Shown one piece after another: positions 1-13,217 of a stretch of 34,759 nucleotides of DNA (positions within the stretch are counted from its first letter, which is position 1; the number at the start of each line of letters is the position of its first letter). A model generated the notes under the pieces. That model did no database searches. It saw only the letters and a program-made list of their open reading frames with translations, and had not been told where the DNA came from. The stretch is from Bigelowiella natans CCMP2755 (taxonomy: Eukaryota; Protista; Cercozoa). Location: assembly GCA_000320545.1 (NCBI GenBank), contig ADNK01003222.1, positions 1 to 34,759 of the forward strand, in the 5' to 3' direction. The position numbers were made by a program, and so were the translations under genes.

Positions 1-105
1 CTGCTGCTGCTATTGTTGCTGGTTGCTCCTTGTGCAGTAGTATCATCATAATGTTGGTTCAACTATAACAACAACAACTACTACTACTACTACTACTTAC
101 TACAG

Positions 106-1237
106 GTGGCTCGACTATCTCGAGACGTAAAAGAAAGGGAGAACATTGGGAGTGAATTTCTGTTTAAGCAGCTTCCTAGCTACGATTTGGATCCTAAAAA
201 AAAGTAAGTAATGATGATAATGATGGTGGTGATGATCATGACACCACTATATCTCATATATCATCGTCAAGAATTTCGTATTTTGTTAGTATTCGTCTGT
301 TGAATGTTTATAATTCATAGATTATACAAACAATAATTTTAGATTTAATCCACGTGCGGCTCGAGCAGCTTTCCTGCATTTGAACGTGCAGCTACTACAT
401 CATACGAAATACAGGACATGTCTCAAGTTTCCACATGTTTCCACGAGTGAGAATGATAGATACTAATACATTCTGATACAACAGTAGTAGCCGCAGCAGC
501 ATCAACACGCAACGATATGCTACAACAAAAGTCTACACTTCATACCTAATGATGGAAGGAAGAATATCAGCTGCAAAAATTATGTTGTTGTTGTTGATGA
601 TGATGATGATGATGCGGTAGATATATCCTGTTGTTTGTGTACCTCTCTATGTGGTTGGTTGGTGGGTATGGTTTCCTTCTCAATTGTTGTTTTCTGATCT
701 ATCTATCTATCTTTCTATCATCTTCATTATCATCATTATCCCTTTTCTTCACCGCTTATCATGTTGCATAATCGTAGGTACGATCAAGAAGGATTTTGGT
801 GTTGATGACGTATTTGATATCGAGAAGTTTATCAGGTGATGGTTGCTACTGCATTGGATGATGATGGACTATTATTCTTATTCGTTAGTAATAATGACGA
901 TGATTCTTGATAATATGTTTGTGATGATGATGATTTCTTCGCTATCATTTCTTCGCTATCATTACCTCATCATCATCTTAAGTAGTAGAGTATTCTCCTT
1001 CTCCTTCCCCTCCCTCCCTCCCTCCTCCAGCTACTTTCCACGAAGTGCCCAGGAATTTGCACGCATGCTCTCCAGCACTCAGGTGCGGTTTTTGCCGTCG
1101 TATTGTTGGTGTGTGTGTGTGTGTGTGTGTGCGTGTTAATCGATGGTGATTATTATACTGCTGTCATCATTTCTTCCTACCTAGCATTTATGATGATAAC
1201 TTGTTTTTTATGATCATAATGATACAACAGGGGCACA

Positions 1238-1310
<73 letters not shown>

Positions 1311-1719
1311 GGATACACTCTTTTCTCGAAAATGACTGGAAGATTGCATGATTTAACATATTCAGGCTTTTGCTCGGTTTTCAGACGAAAAAACGTTGAT
1401 TTCAAGCGATAGGTTTTGTGCAGTCATATGATCATCGTCATCACAATCATCATCATCATCATCAACAACAACAACAGCAATCTTTAGCAGTAGAGCAACC
1501 AACATCCCCTAACCCTAACCCTAATTCATTCCTCAATGCCGTCGTTCATTATTGTTTGTAGAAATACGAGCAGTTGAGCAGTGATAGTTAATAGTATTAT
1601 CATCCTGTAATCAATAATTTCAGACAATCTGAATTGGACTTCTTTGACCATTGCTGCAATTACAAAGCTAAATATCTTCAGACGATGCTGGTAGTAAATA
1701 ATGTATCATCATGGTGATC

Positions 1720-1751
<32 letters not shown>

Positions 1752-2471
1752 GGTGGTTCAACACTCATTTCTTTCTTTGTTTGGTAATTGGGACATTGCT
1801 CGTTTCTTTACGATGACATGGATTGATTCTTCTTCTTTATTTTGACTACTACTACTACTGCTACTACTACTACTACTACTTCTCATTGCCGTCATTATTG
1901 TTACTATCAATGACTAATACTGGATTATACAACCTATTATTTTTGAAAAAATGATGATGATGATGATGATGATGATGATCAAAGCAGAATAATCCAATTG
2001 AAGTAGTAGTTATAGGATGCCAGTAGTAGTAGTAGTAGTAGTAGTAATAGTAGTTGTGCAAGTAATAGAATGATGATCTACTGCTGTTACTACTGCTACT
2101 ACAACTCTTAGCACTCGTGCAGAATTTTGAAAGAGTTGTTTGTTGAATTGGTATTATTATATCGTATGATGCTGAGCCACCACTCTCTTTCTTTCTTTCT
2201 TTCTTTCTTTCTTCCGATCTCTTTTCGTCAGATTCGTCGCAAAAATCGAGACCGCACATCAATACCCACACTTGTGCAGTACCTCTCCCAAACAGATCAA
2301 CAAAGTGTTATTTATGAGGTAATAATAATTATCCTCCTCCTCCTCCTCCTCTTGCTGCTGCTGGTGGTGGTGGTTGTGGTATATTGTTTTACATCCCGTG
2401 ATGACTATGATGATGATGATTTGATGATGGTGGTAGTAATATTCTTCTCGTTGTTGTTGTTGTTGTTGTTG

Positions 2472-2507
<36 letters not shown>

Positions 2508-2981
2508 AGGTACCGAAGCCTGACGAGGAAGGACTAGATAAGCAGAAAACAAAATGGGAATATCCTGATGGATTTCCTTTTCTCAATGAAAAGCTATTCT
2601 ATGAACCAAGAGCTGTAGATCAAAAGTAGTTCTGATAGTAATCTTACCATCATATTCTGTAAGTTTAATTGTGTCTCATATAATATCCTGCATTATCATC
2701 ATCATCATCATCATCATCATCATCGTCGTCGTCTACATATATCGTGCATCAGGTACATGTGTGATGTTCATTCCGAGAGGCGCACTCAAATTCTATCTGA
2801 CTTCAAATCAGCATTCCTCAAAACAAAGCATAAGTACAATGGTAGCAGCCTGATGCCTGGTAGTAACGGATACGATGGGAGGAAGGGAGATCGAAGGAAC
2901 TCGTTTGCGGGGGGTAGAAAGAACGTCAGCTCCAAGGACATTGCTAGGTGTGGTGAGAGGATAATAAAAAATAAAATAAAA

Positions 2982-3015
<34 letters not shown>

Positions 3016-4088
3016 GGAATAACAACAGTATGCTACACTTCATATATATGTAGAAGAAGACAACTCGTATAGAGTCAAATCGGTAATAATGTGTCGTGTT
3101 GAAGAATAATGGTGATGTTTGGCCAATCTGCTGCTGCTGCCTCCTATTTTGTAGGTGGAAAAATGCTATATATTCCTCGTGGTTTCAAGTACAGGTAATA
3201 TGATCGTGATAATGAGGAGGAGGATGATAATGATGACACCTATCTGTTCCCATCGTTGTTCTCTTCTTGTTCTTACAAACAACAGACGACTCGTGTAAGT
3301 GGTGATTGTAGAAACCTTTGGGAGGATCATAAATCTCTAGATGATACTGTGGAGGTACTACTTCTGATAATAATAATAATAATAATAAATAATAATAATA
3401 ACAACAAATCATATAAATAAATAAATGAATGGAGGCTGACTTTTTTATTGTCACGTTTGCTGACAGTGATGATGGAGGGCACTACCTTTTGTTCTTCGTC
3501 CTCCTCCTCCTGTTGTTGTTGCTTCTGCTACTGCTACTGCTAATGTTGGCATTGTTGAAGATGTTATCATAAGGAGACTGTGTACTCGTGGTTGATATTA
3601 CATGATATGTGCAAGCTTTTCCTCCTCTCTATCTTTGCTTTATTAATCAATATATTATTGGTGCTACTACTTTCTGATTTCTTTGCAGCATCTTGTTACT
3701 ACTTATACCACCACCACTCCTATTACTACTACTATTACTACGTACGAACACGATTATCACGCCCAAATATGTTTAATAACACCCTTGATCAATTTTGAAT
3801 TTTTGCTATTATGAGTAGAATATCTTCAAGACCTTCACCTCTATTTCGGGGTATGTTGCATCAATTGCTCCTGTACGAACCAGCAAAGGGGGGGGAGGAG
3901 GAGGAGGAGGAGGATCATCCATCGATAAGAAGAAGAATGGTGGTGGTGGTGGTGGTGGTGGTGGCAGTGGTGGTAGTGCGGAAGGAGCATTACCACGCTT
4001 AAAGAAGACTAAATCATTTGGACAAGTACGAGCAGAAATGGAAACAGTTTACGGGTACTACTACTACTACCACTACTACTACTATGTA

Positions 4089-4131
<43 letters not shown>

Positions 4132-5634
4132 TGGCTAGGTAGGCCTCTTGTGTTGTGGCAACGTATATTCTTCCCTTGGTTTAATAATAATAATCATCAT
4201 CATCATCATGTACTAATATCTTCTTTTTCTAGGTGTCTCTTGAGTTTATGCGGGGAGTATAATCAGGGAGAAAAAGCAGCGGTAAGAAGAAGAATACGGA
4301 TAGTACATTCTATAACCAAACAACCAGCAGACTAGCACTAATATCTATCCTATCCTATCCCCTATTCTATCCACTCAGGAATTGTTTGAGGATATGCGCT
4401 CGAGGGGTATCGAAGCAACAGGGGCTACATTTGCAGCTTACCTAGCAGCTATAGCTTCGAGGAAAAACCATCGTTTGTCTATTCACAGGCCAGGTTTGTT
4501 TGCGGCGGCTTATACTACTACTACATGAGGATGATGACGATGATGATTTGGATCATTTACATGCTTTCTGTCATCGTGCCATGATCGTCATCATCATCAT
4601 CATCATCATCATCATGATATATTGTTATTGACATTCATTGTGATTATTATTATTATCAGGACACCGAAAGAATGCAAGTAGTACTACGAAACAACAGCAG
4701 CAGCAGCAGCAAAAGTCACATCCCTCTCTCGGTCGTTTGTAGTAGTAGAAGTAGTACGAGGAGTACTTATAATAGAAAAAGGGAATATTTCCACTCATTG
4801 TGATGGATATGATGATGATAATAACCAAATATTCATATTATATCTGCTCTCATATCAGGTGGTCATAGTCGAAGGAGAGGAATGACATACCAAGCTGATA
4901 CTCCATCCCAGCATCCATACACTACTACTACTACTACTACAACTACTACTACGACTGATATCTCCAAATCCACAAATTTTGCCATCAGCAGCAGCAGCAC
5001 TGAACCCCCTCTACCTAATAAAAGAATCAAGAGTCTTGATGTTAATCACATCAAGAAAAAAGAACCTTTAGAGGCACTACCTGAGCAGCAGTCAGCAGAT
5101 AACAACATGGTGATGAAGAAGAAGAAGAAGAAGAAATTGACTACCACTACGACGAAAAAGAAAAGGAGGAAATCGATTCTTCCTAGCAATTTCAATACAA
5201 GATTGAGTGAAGCTGTAGGCAGAAATCTTAGCCAGGTGATGATGGCATGGAGATAATCATCATGGATTAGAGTGATGATGATGATGATGATGATGATGAT
5301 GCCATGGGGAGGATTATCATCATCATAGATTAGGCTGATGCTGCTGCTGCTGCTTTGTGTGCGTGTGTGATTAGTGTGTATCATGCTCTCATATTGTTTT
5401 TACGACCATGTGCGTTATGATTATGTGTCTGTTGAAAGGATATCTCCAAGGCGCTGTACAAGCGAGACCTTGATCGTAATAATAACATAGCTACGACTAA
5501 ATAATCGATAGATAATTGAGAAGAAAGAAGAAGAAGGAGAAAGGAGAGAAGAAATATCAAACAACAAAGAGATGATGATGATGATGATGATGAAAGTGAT
5601 GAGGAAGGATGTTGGTGATATGGCTATAATACAA

Positions 5635-5666
<32 letters not shown>

Positions 5667-6768
5667 TCAGCTCTCATTGATGGAGATCATGTGAGTGTGA
5701 GTGTGTATGCTCATTAGTTATGTAAGTAATATTTGTTTCTTGGTTAATTACTACTACTACTACTACTACTACTACTACCATAACTAATACTACAGGTAAG
5801 CTACGACGAACAACAAGACAAAAGAGTACCAACCACAAGAGCAGTAGCCGCAGCAGCAGCAGCAGCCACGAGGACAATAAGGAGGAGGGGGGGGATAAGC
5901 ACCTCAGTAGTAGCGGAGGATCAACCAGCAGCAGCTTGAAAAGACCGCCAAAAAGTAGCAGTAGTAGTAGTAGTAATAGTAGTAATGAGAAGCATGGTTA
6001 ATAATTATAGCCAAATTATCTTCTGTACGTACTATCACATCCTCAATTGGTGTACATTTATTGTTATTCAATCCATATACACAGTAGCTGTACATATCGA
6101 GCAACCAAGACCTTCCCCAAAAACGGTGATGATGATAGGACAGGGAGAAGAGGAAAAACTACACGTTGGAAGTTTTGAGGTAGTTGTTGTTGGTGATAAT
6201 TATGATAATTATGTATAGTGCAATGAATCTCTTCTTAGCAGCCATCATCATTACTACCATGTGCTCTCTACCATCTTCTCCTTTGATCGACTACTGTATT
6301 GATGCCTATAATAACATGCTACAATGCAATTCTCGTTTTGCGTCTTCGTGTACATAATAGGAGGGATTCGAAGTAATGCGTCTGGCTCGTCAGCACGCTG
6401 GGAGAGGAGGGGGGGGAGAAGAAGGAGGAGATAAGAAGAACTACCTTGGTGGAGGTGATGATAATGGTGATAATGATGATGGTGATGGTCCTGAAGGAAG
6501 AAGCACGGCAACAAGTAGTCTACATAACGGCAGCCTATTAGGAAACGAAGAAGAAGGATCAACAAGGGGAAAAGATGAAGAAAAAGAGGGAGGGGGGGCA
6601 GACATAGAAGCAGCAGCATCGCACAATGGTGCTAGTAGTACAGAAAAAGAAGAGAAGCAGTTACTGCAGCTGAAAACATCACTACCTAGATTATCTTTGT
6701 CGTTAACCGAATACCAACTCTACCTCAAAAATAATGGCAAACTTCCAGAGCATACTGTGGAAAAAAGG

Positions 6769-6802
<34 letters not shown>

Positions 6803-8009
6803 AGAATATCATTAGTTCGTCGTTGAATAGGAGAGTGAATAATTCGTAAACAACGACATCATCATCATCATCATCATCATCATCGATAGGTTGAGTGGGA
6901 TAATCTCCACATTGGCATAGGCACAGGACAGATAAAAGGTGTTGTGGTGTGATGTCACGTGTTTGCTGCTGCAAAAAGAAGAAGGAGGGACCAGCACTTA
7001 TGATGATGATGATGATGATGATGATGATGGTGTTTATTCTTTCCATTGCCTAATTGGATTGGAATAAATGACCCCAACCTTCATATCATAATCAAATATA
7101 ATGTAGTCATTAGTAGCCAACACAATAACAAAGACTGCAATAAGGACAACCTCTTCCTCCTCCTCCTCCTCCTCCTCAATCTTCATAATACAATTTTTAG
7201 GCTATGGTGATGGTTTGGAGAACGAATTCGATGTGTACGATAGTAGTAGCAACAGCTGCAGCAGCAGCAGCAGCAGTCCTCGATTGTCATCTCCTACCAC
7301 CCTTTTCTCACCTGTTGTGACACCGAGGAAAGGCTCAAAGAACAATTTGAAGATGAAGAACAATGGAAGGCCCATTGCAATGTGGAAACGGCCTAAAAAG
7401 GAGCAAGAAATAGTACATTCTCTTTGTTCTCTTTCAACAGCAGAAATCATGGCAGGTGGTTTTGATCGTTATGATGATGATGATAATGATGATGATGTAG
7501 TAGTAGTAGTAGTAGTAGTAGGGAGAACAAGCAAGTGATGATGATGACTAAATATGAATAATTATTTATCAGGTTGGCCGTTAGATCCAGATGTATACAA
7601 ATCACGTAATGTAAGGGACTCTAGACTTTCTTTTGTACCTCGAATTACCGTGAGGTAGGTTGATATAAATATGGATAATTGTATGATGTACTGATAAGAT
7701 GCGGTATACGATTCATATGCAAGTAAGAGTGTATAGATGATTGCAGTAACATCGTCATTACTACTACTATTATCATCATCATCATATGATGATATCAAAG
7801 AAATGACGATGTATCCTTCTTATTTCATAAGTAACGACCTCCAAATCGCTTTTCTCTCTCTTCCCTAATGAAAAAACTATCATATTGCTACTCAGGTACA
7901 CGACGAATCTATACGTACAGAAGGATAATATTGAAGAAGAAGAAGAAGAAGAGGTAAACAGTCCCCGAAGTAGTTTTTCCTACAATATGTAGTAATTACG
8001 ATATATTAG

Positions 8010-8043
<34 letters not shown>

Positions 8044-8111
8044 CAACATATTTCTAACAAATTGTTTCCTCCTCCTCATCATATCTACAGCATCAAGATG
8101 ATAATAGGCAC

Positions 8112-8147
<36 letters not shown>

Positions 8148-9652
8148 CGCAACCATGGTGTTGCTGGAAATCACGTGCCAAATCCTGTTGGAGTAACAAC
8201 AACATCAACCGCTAATGAGGGGGAGGAGGAAGATTCTCACCATCGTCGTTTCACACCTACTCCTCCCCGTACCCTCCCCCCGGAGAGTGTACTGCAAAGA
8301 CGACACAACAGAAAGCAGAAGGAAGAACAAGAGCAGGAACAACAGGTGTATGATATTTATATCGTATTTACCTGAAGAAATAAAGCATATTAGTAGGAGA
8401 AATCATCATCCTGACTCAACGAACGACGACGATTCAACGACGAGTTATCAATGATCATGATGCTGCTTTTATTCATAACTCCTCAAGATAGCTACAATAT
8501 AGCCAGACAGCACAAATTTAGCAGCGATTTGCTGAAGATGATAAGATTGTATGCTTGAATATCGAGGAGTACAACACTGTTAATATTGTCAGATGTATTT
8601 TCTTCTTTCGTTTCTCCATCTTCCTTCTTTTTCCTTCGCATTCTTCTCTTGATAATTCTCGTAGACGGTTGTGATGTTCTAACGTGTAGCGTCCACTCGT
8701 TGGCCATTTTTTATCGAATCAGAAGAATCAACAACTGCAGCAGGAGGAGGAGCAGAAGGATGATGAGAATAATAAGGACAGCAATTTGGGCAACACCTCC
8801 ACTGGAAATTGTAGTGATCATCATGTAAGAAACGATAGACGACCGTCAGCTCTGACCCTATCTCTGGCTAAGCATGCATCATCAGCAGCAGCGACAACAC
8901 TAACTACGAATGAAGGGGAAGGAGAGAAGAAAACGAAGAAGAAGAAGAAGAACACCAACAAGAAAGATACATCATCATCATCATCATCATCTTCTGATGG
9001 ATGGAAGATCATGGAAGGGAGCAAAGCACAACAGCACTTAGTGTGTGTACCTTTCTTATCTCCAAAAGAACTCTCCGCTGAGGTAATATCATCATCATCA
9101 CCACATGATGATGATTCACCCTCCTCTCTCCTCCTCCTACAACTTAACCAAATCGTACTGTGTAATAATGATAATAATAATAATAATACCAACCAACATC
9201 AGATATCGAAAGTGTCCAAATTGTTCCCAAAAGAACTATTTAATCCTTCCATCTTCAGAGAGGTAGTAGAAGATGATATCAAGCCTATCTGTTGGGTTTT
9301 TAGAAAACTGAAATGGATTCTTACCATAAATTCAAATATATATTTACATATCGGGTGTGCCTGGTCCTTATTCAGCATTTTTAGACTAATGCATAATGCC
9401 TCCTCGTCATCATCTACATTGTAAGACTAAATAATAATCTCTTTTCCTAGGCACATATGGTGTTCTATTGGAATTTGTTTTGGTAATAGAAATAGTAGTA
9501 GTGCTAGCAGTAGCGGTCACTAAGTACCAGATCACGACGACAACAACAACATCATCATCAACAACAACGATGATGATGATGACTCATTTCTAGAAAAGTG
9601 GGACAAAGCAAACACATCTTCTTGATATCATATGCATGTAGAATGATGATTA

Positions 9653-9691
<39 letters not shown>

Positions 9692-10865
9692 TCTGCATTC
9701 CCTCCACCATGAGCGAGTCCGTGAGGAGGAAACTGATTGTTATTTTCATCGTATTATTCTGTACGAGCCACGCTGTACTACAGTGTAACAACAATAATTT
9801 GAGAATGATCTTCTTCTTCTTCTTTTAAATCCCCAACTCATAACTTATATACATTATCATCATCATCATAATCTTTTATCGTGGTTTATCTTGCTATGTA
9901 GGTATACACGTGCACTTCGTCTACCTGTGGGTTTCCTACTTGAATCGAATCAATCCAACAATAAGCTAAGGTTAAGTAGTAGCAGAGAGACATCTACTAT
10001 TTATATTACATTGCATTACATTATATATACAATAGCTGTGTAGTATGTATGTGTTGTATGTGTTGTCGTCGTTGTCGTCTTAATGGTAACATCTTGAAAG
10101 GATGAATGGGGGGTAAGGGAGGAGGAGGTTTTATATTGTTTTCATCGTGCAAGCGAGTACTGGATGTTTGTTTCTGAGAATAATCCCCTCCCTATCTTCT
10201 TCTTCTTATCAGAGTACTGCCAATAAGGAATGCTACTTGGGTTAAATACCTCATCATACCAAAGGACCTCTTGACTACTACTACTACTACTTCTACTGAT
10301 CACGATAATCAGGGTCAGTTGGAGAAGAAATAGAGAAGATATGTATTATTGTTAGTGTATATCATCATGCGACGGAAGAGGAGATGGAGGAGAAAGGAAG
10401 CAGTAAATATGATTGTCAGTGTGTGTGTGTGCGTGTTTGTATATGATATATGGACTTATTTGACAGCAGAGAGAGAGAAGGTGCAACCAGCAGCAATGGG
10501 TGGTGCAGCTCAAACAAACATGGCTATAATCGCAGAGGATGGTGAAAGAGAGGAAAAGGATGATGATGATGATGACAATGATGCTGCAACAGCAGCAGTT
10601 GATAACAATGAAGAAAAGGATGATGATAAGGAAGAGGGAAATAAACAAGGAGGAGGCAGCAGCAGGAGGAAAATTGGTGATATCAGTGGGATAAGTTCAG
10701 ATAACCTTAAGGCATTCTTCTCCTCCTCCCCTCCAAAATCATCTTCTGATGAAGCAGCAGCAGCAGCAAGTGATGATACAGAAGTAAGTAATTAATCATA
10801 AGTACAATAATAAATAATGAGGATGGGGAGAGTAGAGGAGAGGGTGGTGAGAGGTCAATCATAGA

Positions 10866-10908
<43 letters not shown>

Positions 10909-11340
10909 ATTGAGAACATACCTTTGATTACGAATGTTTTCTCAATCAATATGATGTGTTTCAAGTACTTCCTACAGCCAATGGGGGGAAGGGGGGGAGG
11001 GAGGGAGGGAGATAGGATCAGTAAATACACACATTATCCATCATTATGATGATTCTATCTTGTATAGGGTGGTTCGACTAAGCAGCAGCAGTATCATCAT
11101 CAGCACCAGCTATCAAATAGTGCAGGTATTCGCAGGGGCAGTATGATAAAACTACGACACCGTGTTTTATCTGCAACGAAGGATGAGCAGAAGGTATTTC
11201 ATCATCGTCATCATCATCATCATCATTATCATCATCATTATCATCATCATCGTCGTCATCACCATCATCATATACGTCTAACCTCAACATCTACACTTAA
11301 ATCACGTACAGCATTATCCCTGCATAATAGACCAATATCA

Positions 11341-11384
<44 letters not shown>

Positions 11385-11830
11385 AGGCAGCTGATCGTGC
11401 AGAGAACGCACGCCGTGAATTAGGACGTATTTATTACCAAATTGTACAAGCATTGACTCGAAAGAAGGTGATTATGATAAAGAATGATGATGATGATGAT
11501 GATGATGATGATGTTGTTATGATGTGTGTGTATCTACTAGGTGGCAAGAGCAATGGAATCTTTTCTAGAAGCTCGGATGTTTGTACAGTCAAATATCGAT
11601 TTCATGTACACATGCTTATTAGAAGATCAGAATGAGTTGATGCTCACAGTAGACTGGCAAGGGTCCATGTTTGTGGGGTAATAATTTAACGTGATTATCA
11701 ACTAATACTACTAAAATTATCAATTAACTCTGTAAGGGAAAGAGAGGGCCGGCACATTTCGTCGTGTCGTTTGACGAGTAGTATATGTGATGATGATGAT
11801 GATGATGATGTGTGTGTGTGTGTGTGTGTG

Positions 11831-11868
<38 letters not shown>

Positions 11869-11890
11869 GTCAGGTTATTATACATCATCT

Positions 11891-11927
<37 letters not shown>

Positions 11928-12521
11928 TCAGGTTATTATACATCATCTCGCGTGTAGAGCATGTCAAAAACATGTTTCCTTCAGCTCAAGAATTCTCCCA
12001 AGCATATAAGATGGTTGACCAAAGCTTCTTCAGGAAAGACAAACGAGAGTAATAATGATGATGATGGTCATTTGTATGCTTATTCGTGTTGCATAAATCA
12101 CTTGTCACTATCACTAAATATCATCATCGTCATCATCATCATCATCATCATCATCATTTCCATAATCATTCTCATAATTACTAGCTTTCATCCATCGATG
12201 ACCGTCATTAATCAACACTGCTAGATGTCTAAAAGATTTCATTTCAGCTTGATATGTACATTGTGTGTGTGCTCAATAATTAGGTTGATAACTCCTCAAG
12301 ACCAAGCACCTCCAGATTCTGTATTTGAAATATATCAAACCTTTGGGCTCGGTCAATTCTACGATGATGATGATGAAGATGATGATGATGGGAAAAATCA
12401 AGTAGCAACCAGCTCAAAAGTGGAAGTTGATCGTTTCAAGGAAGAGCCTATTGGTCGATACGTCATGCCTTCAGACTTATATCCTATTAAAGCCAATAAA
12501 AGAGAAGGAAGGAAAAAATAG
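106..12521 (+). CDS. DENND4/CRAG-like Rab guanine-nucleotide exchange factor (dDENN + PPR + C-terminal conserved blocks); 5'-partial, multi-exon
   Basis: Hand-spliced GT-AG exons keep frame: 106-203, 343-446, 778-835, 1031-1082, 1366-1412, 1624-1690 give [11 protein letters not shown]...[51 protein letters not shown] (dDENN). ~2510-2626 gives [15 protein letters not shown]. 4233-4281 + 4379-4493 give [41 protein letters not shown] (PPR). The 7455/7573 junction gives [13 protein letters not shown]...SFVPRITV; ~9040 gives [14 protein letters not shown]; ~9450-9970 gives [18 protein letters not shown]; last exon 12284-12521 gives [15 protein letters not shown] then TAG. These blocks match, in order, the DENND4 motifs as I recall them. 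Some internal low-complexity exons are not fully resolved. Confidence 0.85.
1241..1306. repeat. Compound (TA)15(TG)18 microsatellite in an intron
   Basis: Directly visible. Representative of dozens of GAT/ATC, TAG/CTA, TTG/CAA, AAT, TG and AG arrays in 1-12.8 kb and 25-34.7 kb. Confidence 0.95.
1507..1524. repeat. Interstitial telomere-type (CCCTAA)3
   Basis: ccctaaccctaaccctaa inside an intron of gene 1. Confidence 0.6.
11809..11951 (+). repeat. (TG)n arrays with a tandem-duplicated 3' splice site and exon start
   Basis: ggtcaggttattatacatcatctc(a/g)cgtgt occurs twice, with AG acceptors ending at 11873 and 11931, each preceded by (TG)n. Confidence 0.85.
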
Positions 12522-13217
12522 CAGCAGCAGCAGAATGGATGGGTAGAGCAACTAAGAATAGAGTATCACTTGTATTTCATCCGAGGACAAGAGGATGATG
12601 TGTATTGATAATAAGAAGGGTCACGGTAATATTGTGATGATAAATAACAAATAACAAGACAAGTAGCATTACAACGGCAACAGGCAGGGATAGATATGCG
12701 TACGTGTTTAGTATACGACGTATGGGAAATTCGAGTACTGATCTGGCTTGCTGCTATAGATGATATAATCATCATCGTAGCTCATCGCAGTTGTCACTGA
12801 TAATGATGATGATGCATGATGATGATGGAAGGAACTGTGTTATCTTCGATACAATAAATACTTGCCCACACACATCTAGACAAGGTATAAAAAGCATCTC
12901 CCTTCTAGCGTTCATGCTCATCTCAGAATAATGTGTGCTATATATGTATTGTAAAATATACGTACAGTCTACTCGCTATATATTTAGCACTGCCAGTCTG
13001 GCGTGCATCTGCTATCTTGATTAAATCTTTTAAATGGTCGCAGTACACGTACGCGTACGTGTGCCAGACTATAGCAGTCTGCAGTGCATGATCGACAATA
13101 TAACATGCGTCGTGTACGCGCACGACAGCAGGCTAGCAGGTGCGTGTACGTATGTGTACGTGTTGTCATCATGTGCGGCCCACACTCATGTGCATGTGAG
13201 ACGGATGTGATGAAGAA

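Noticed and set aside
651-12775. Dozens of 60-200 aa ORFs with poly-I/H/Y/V/C/T tracts as independent genes
   Set aside because: They are microsatellite read-throughs or single exons of the DENND4-like gene extended into introns.
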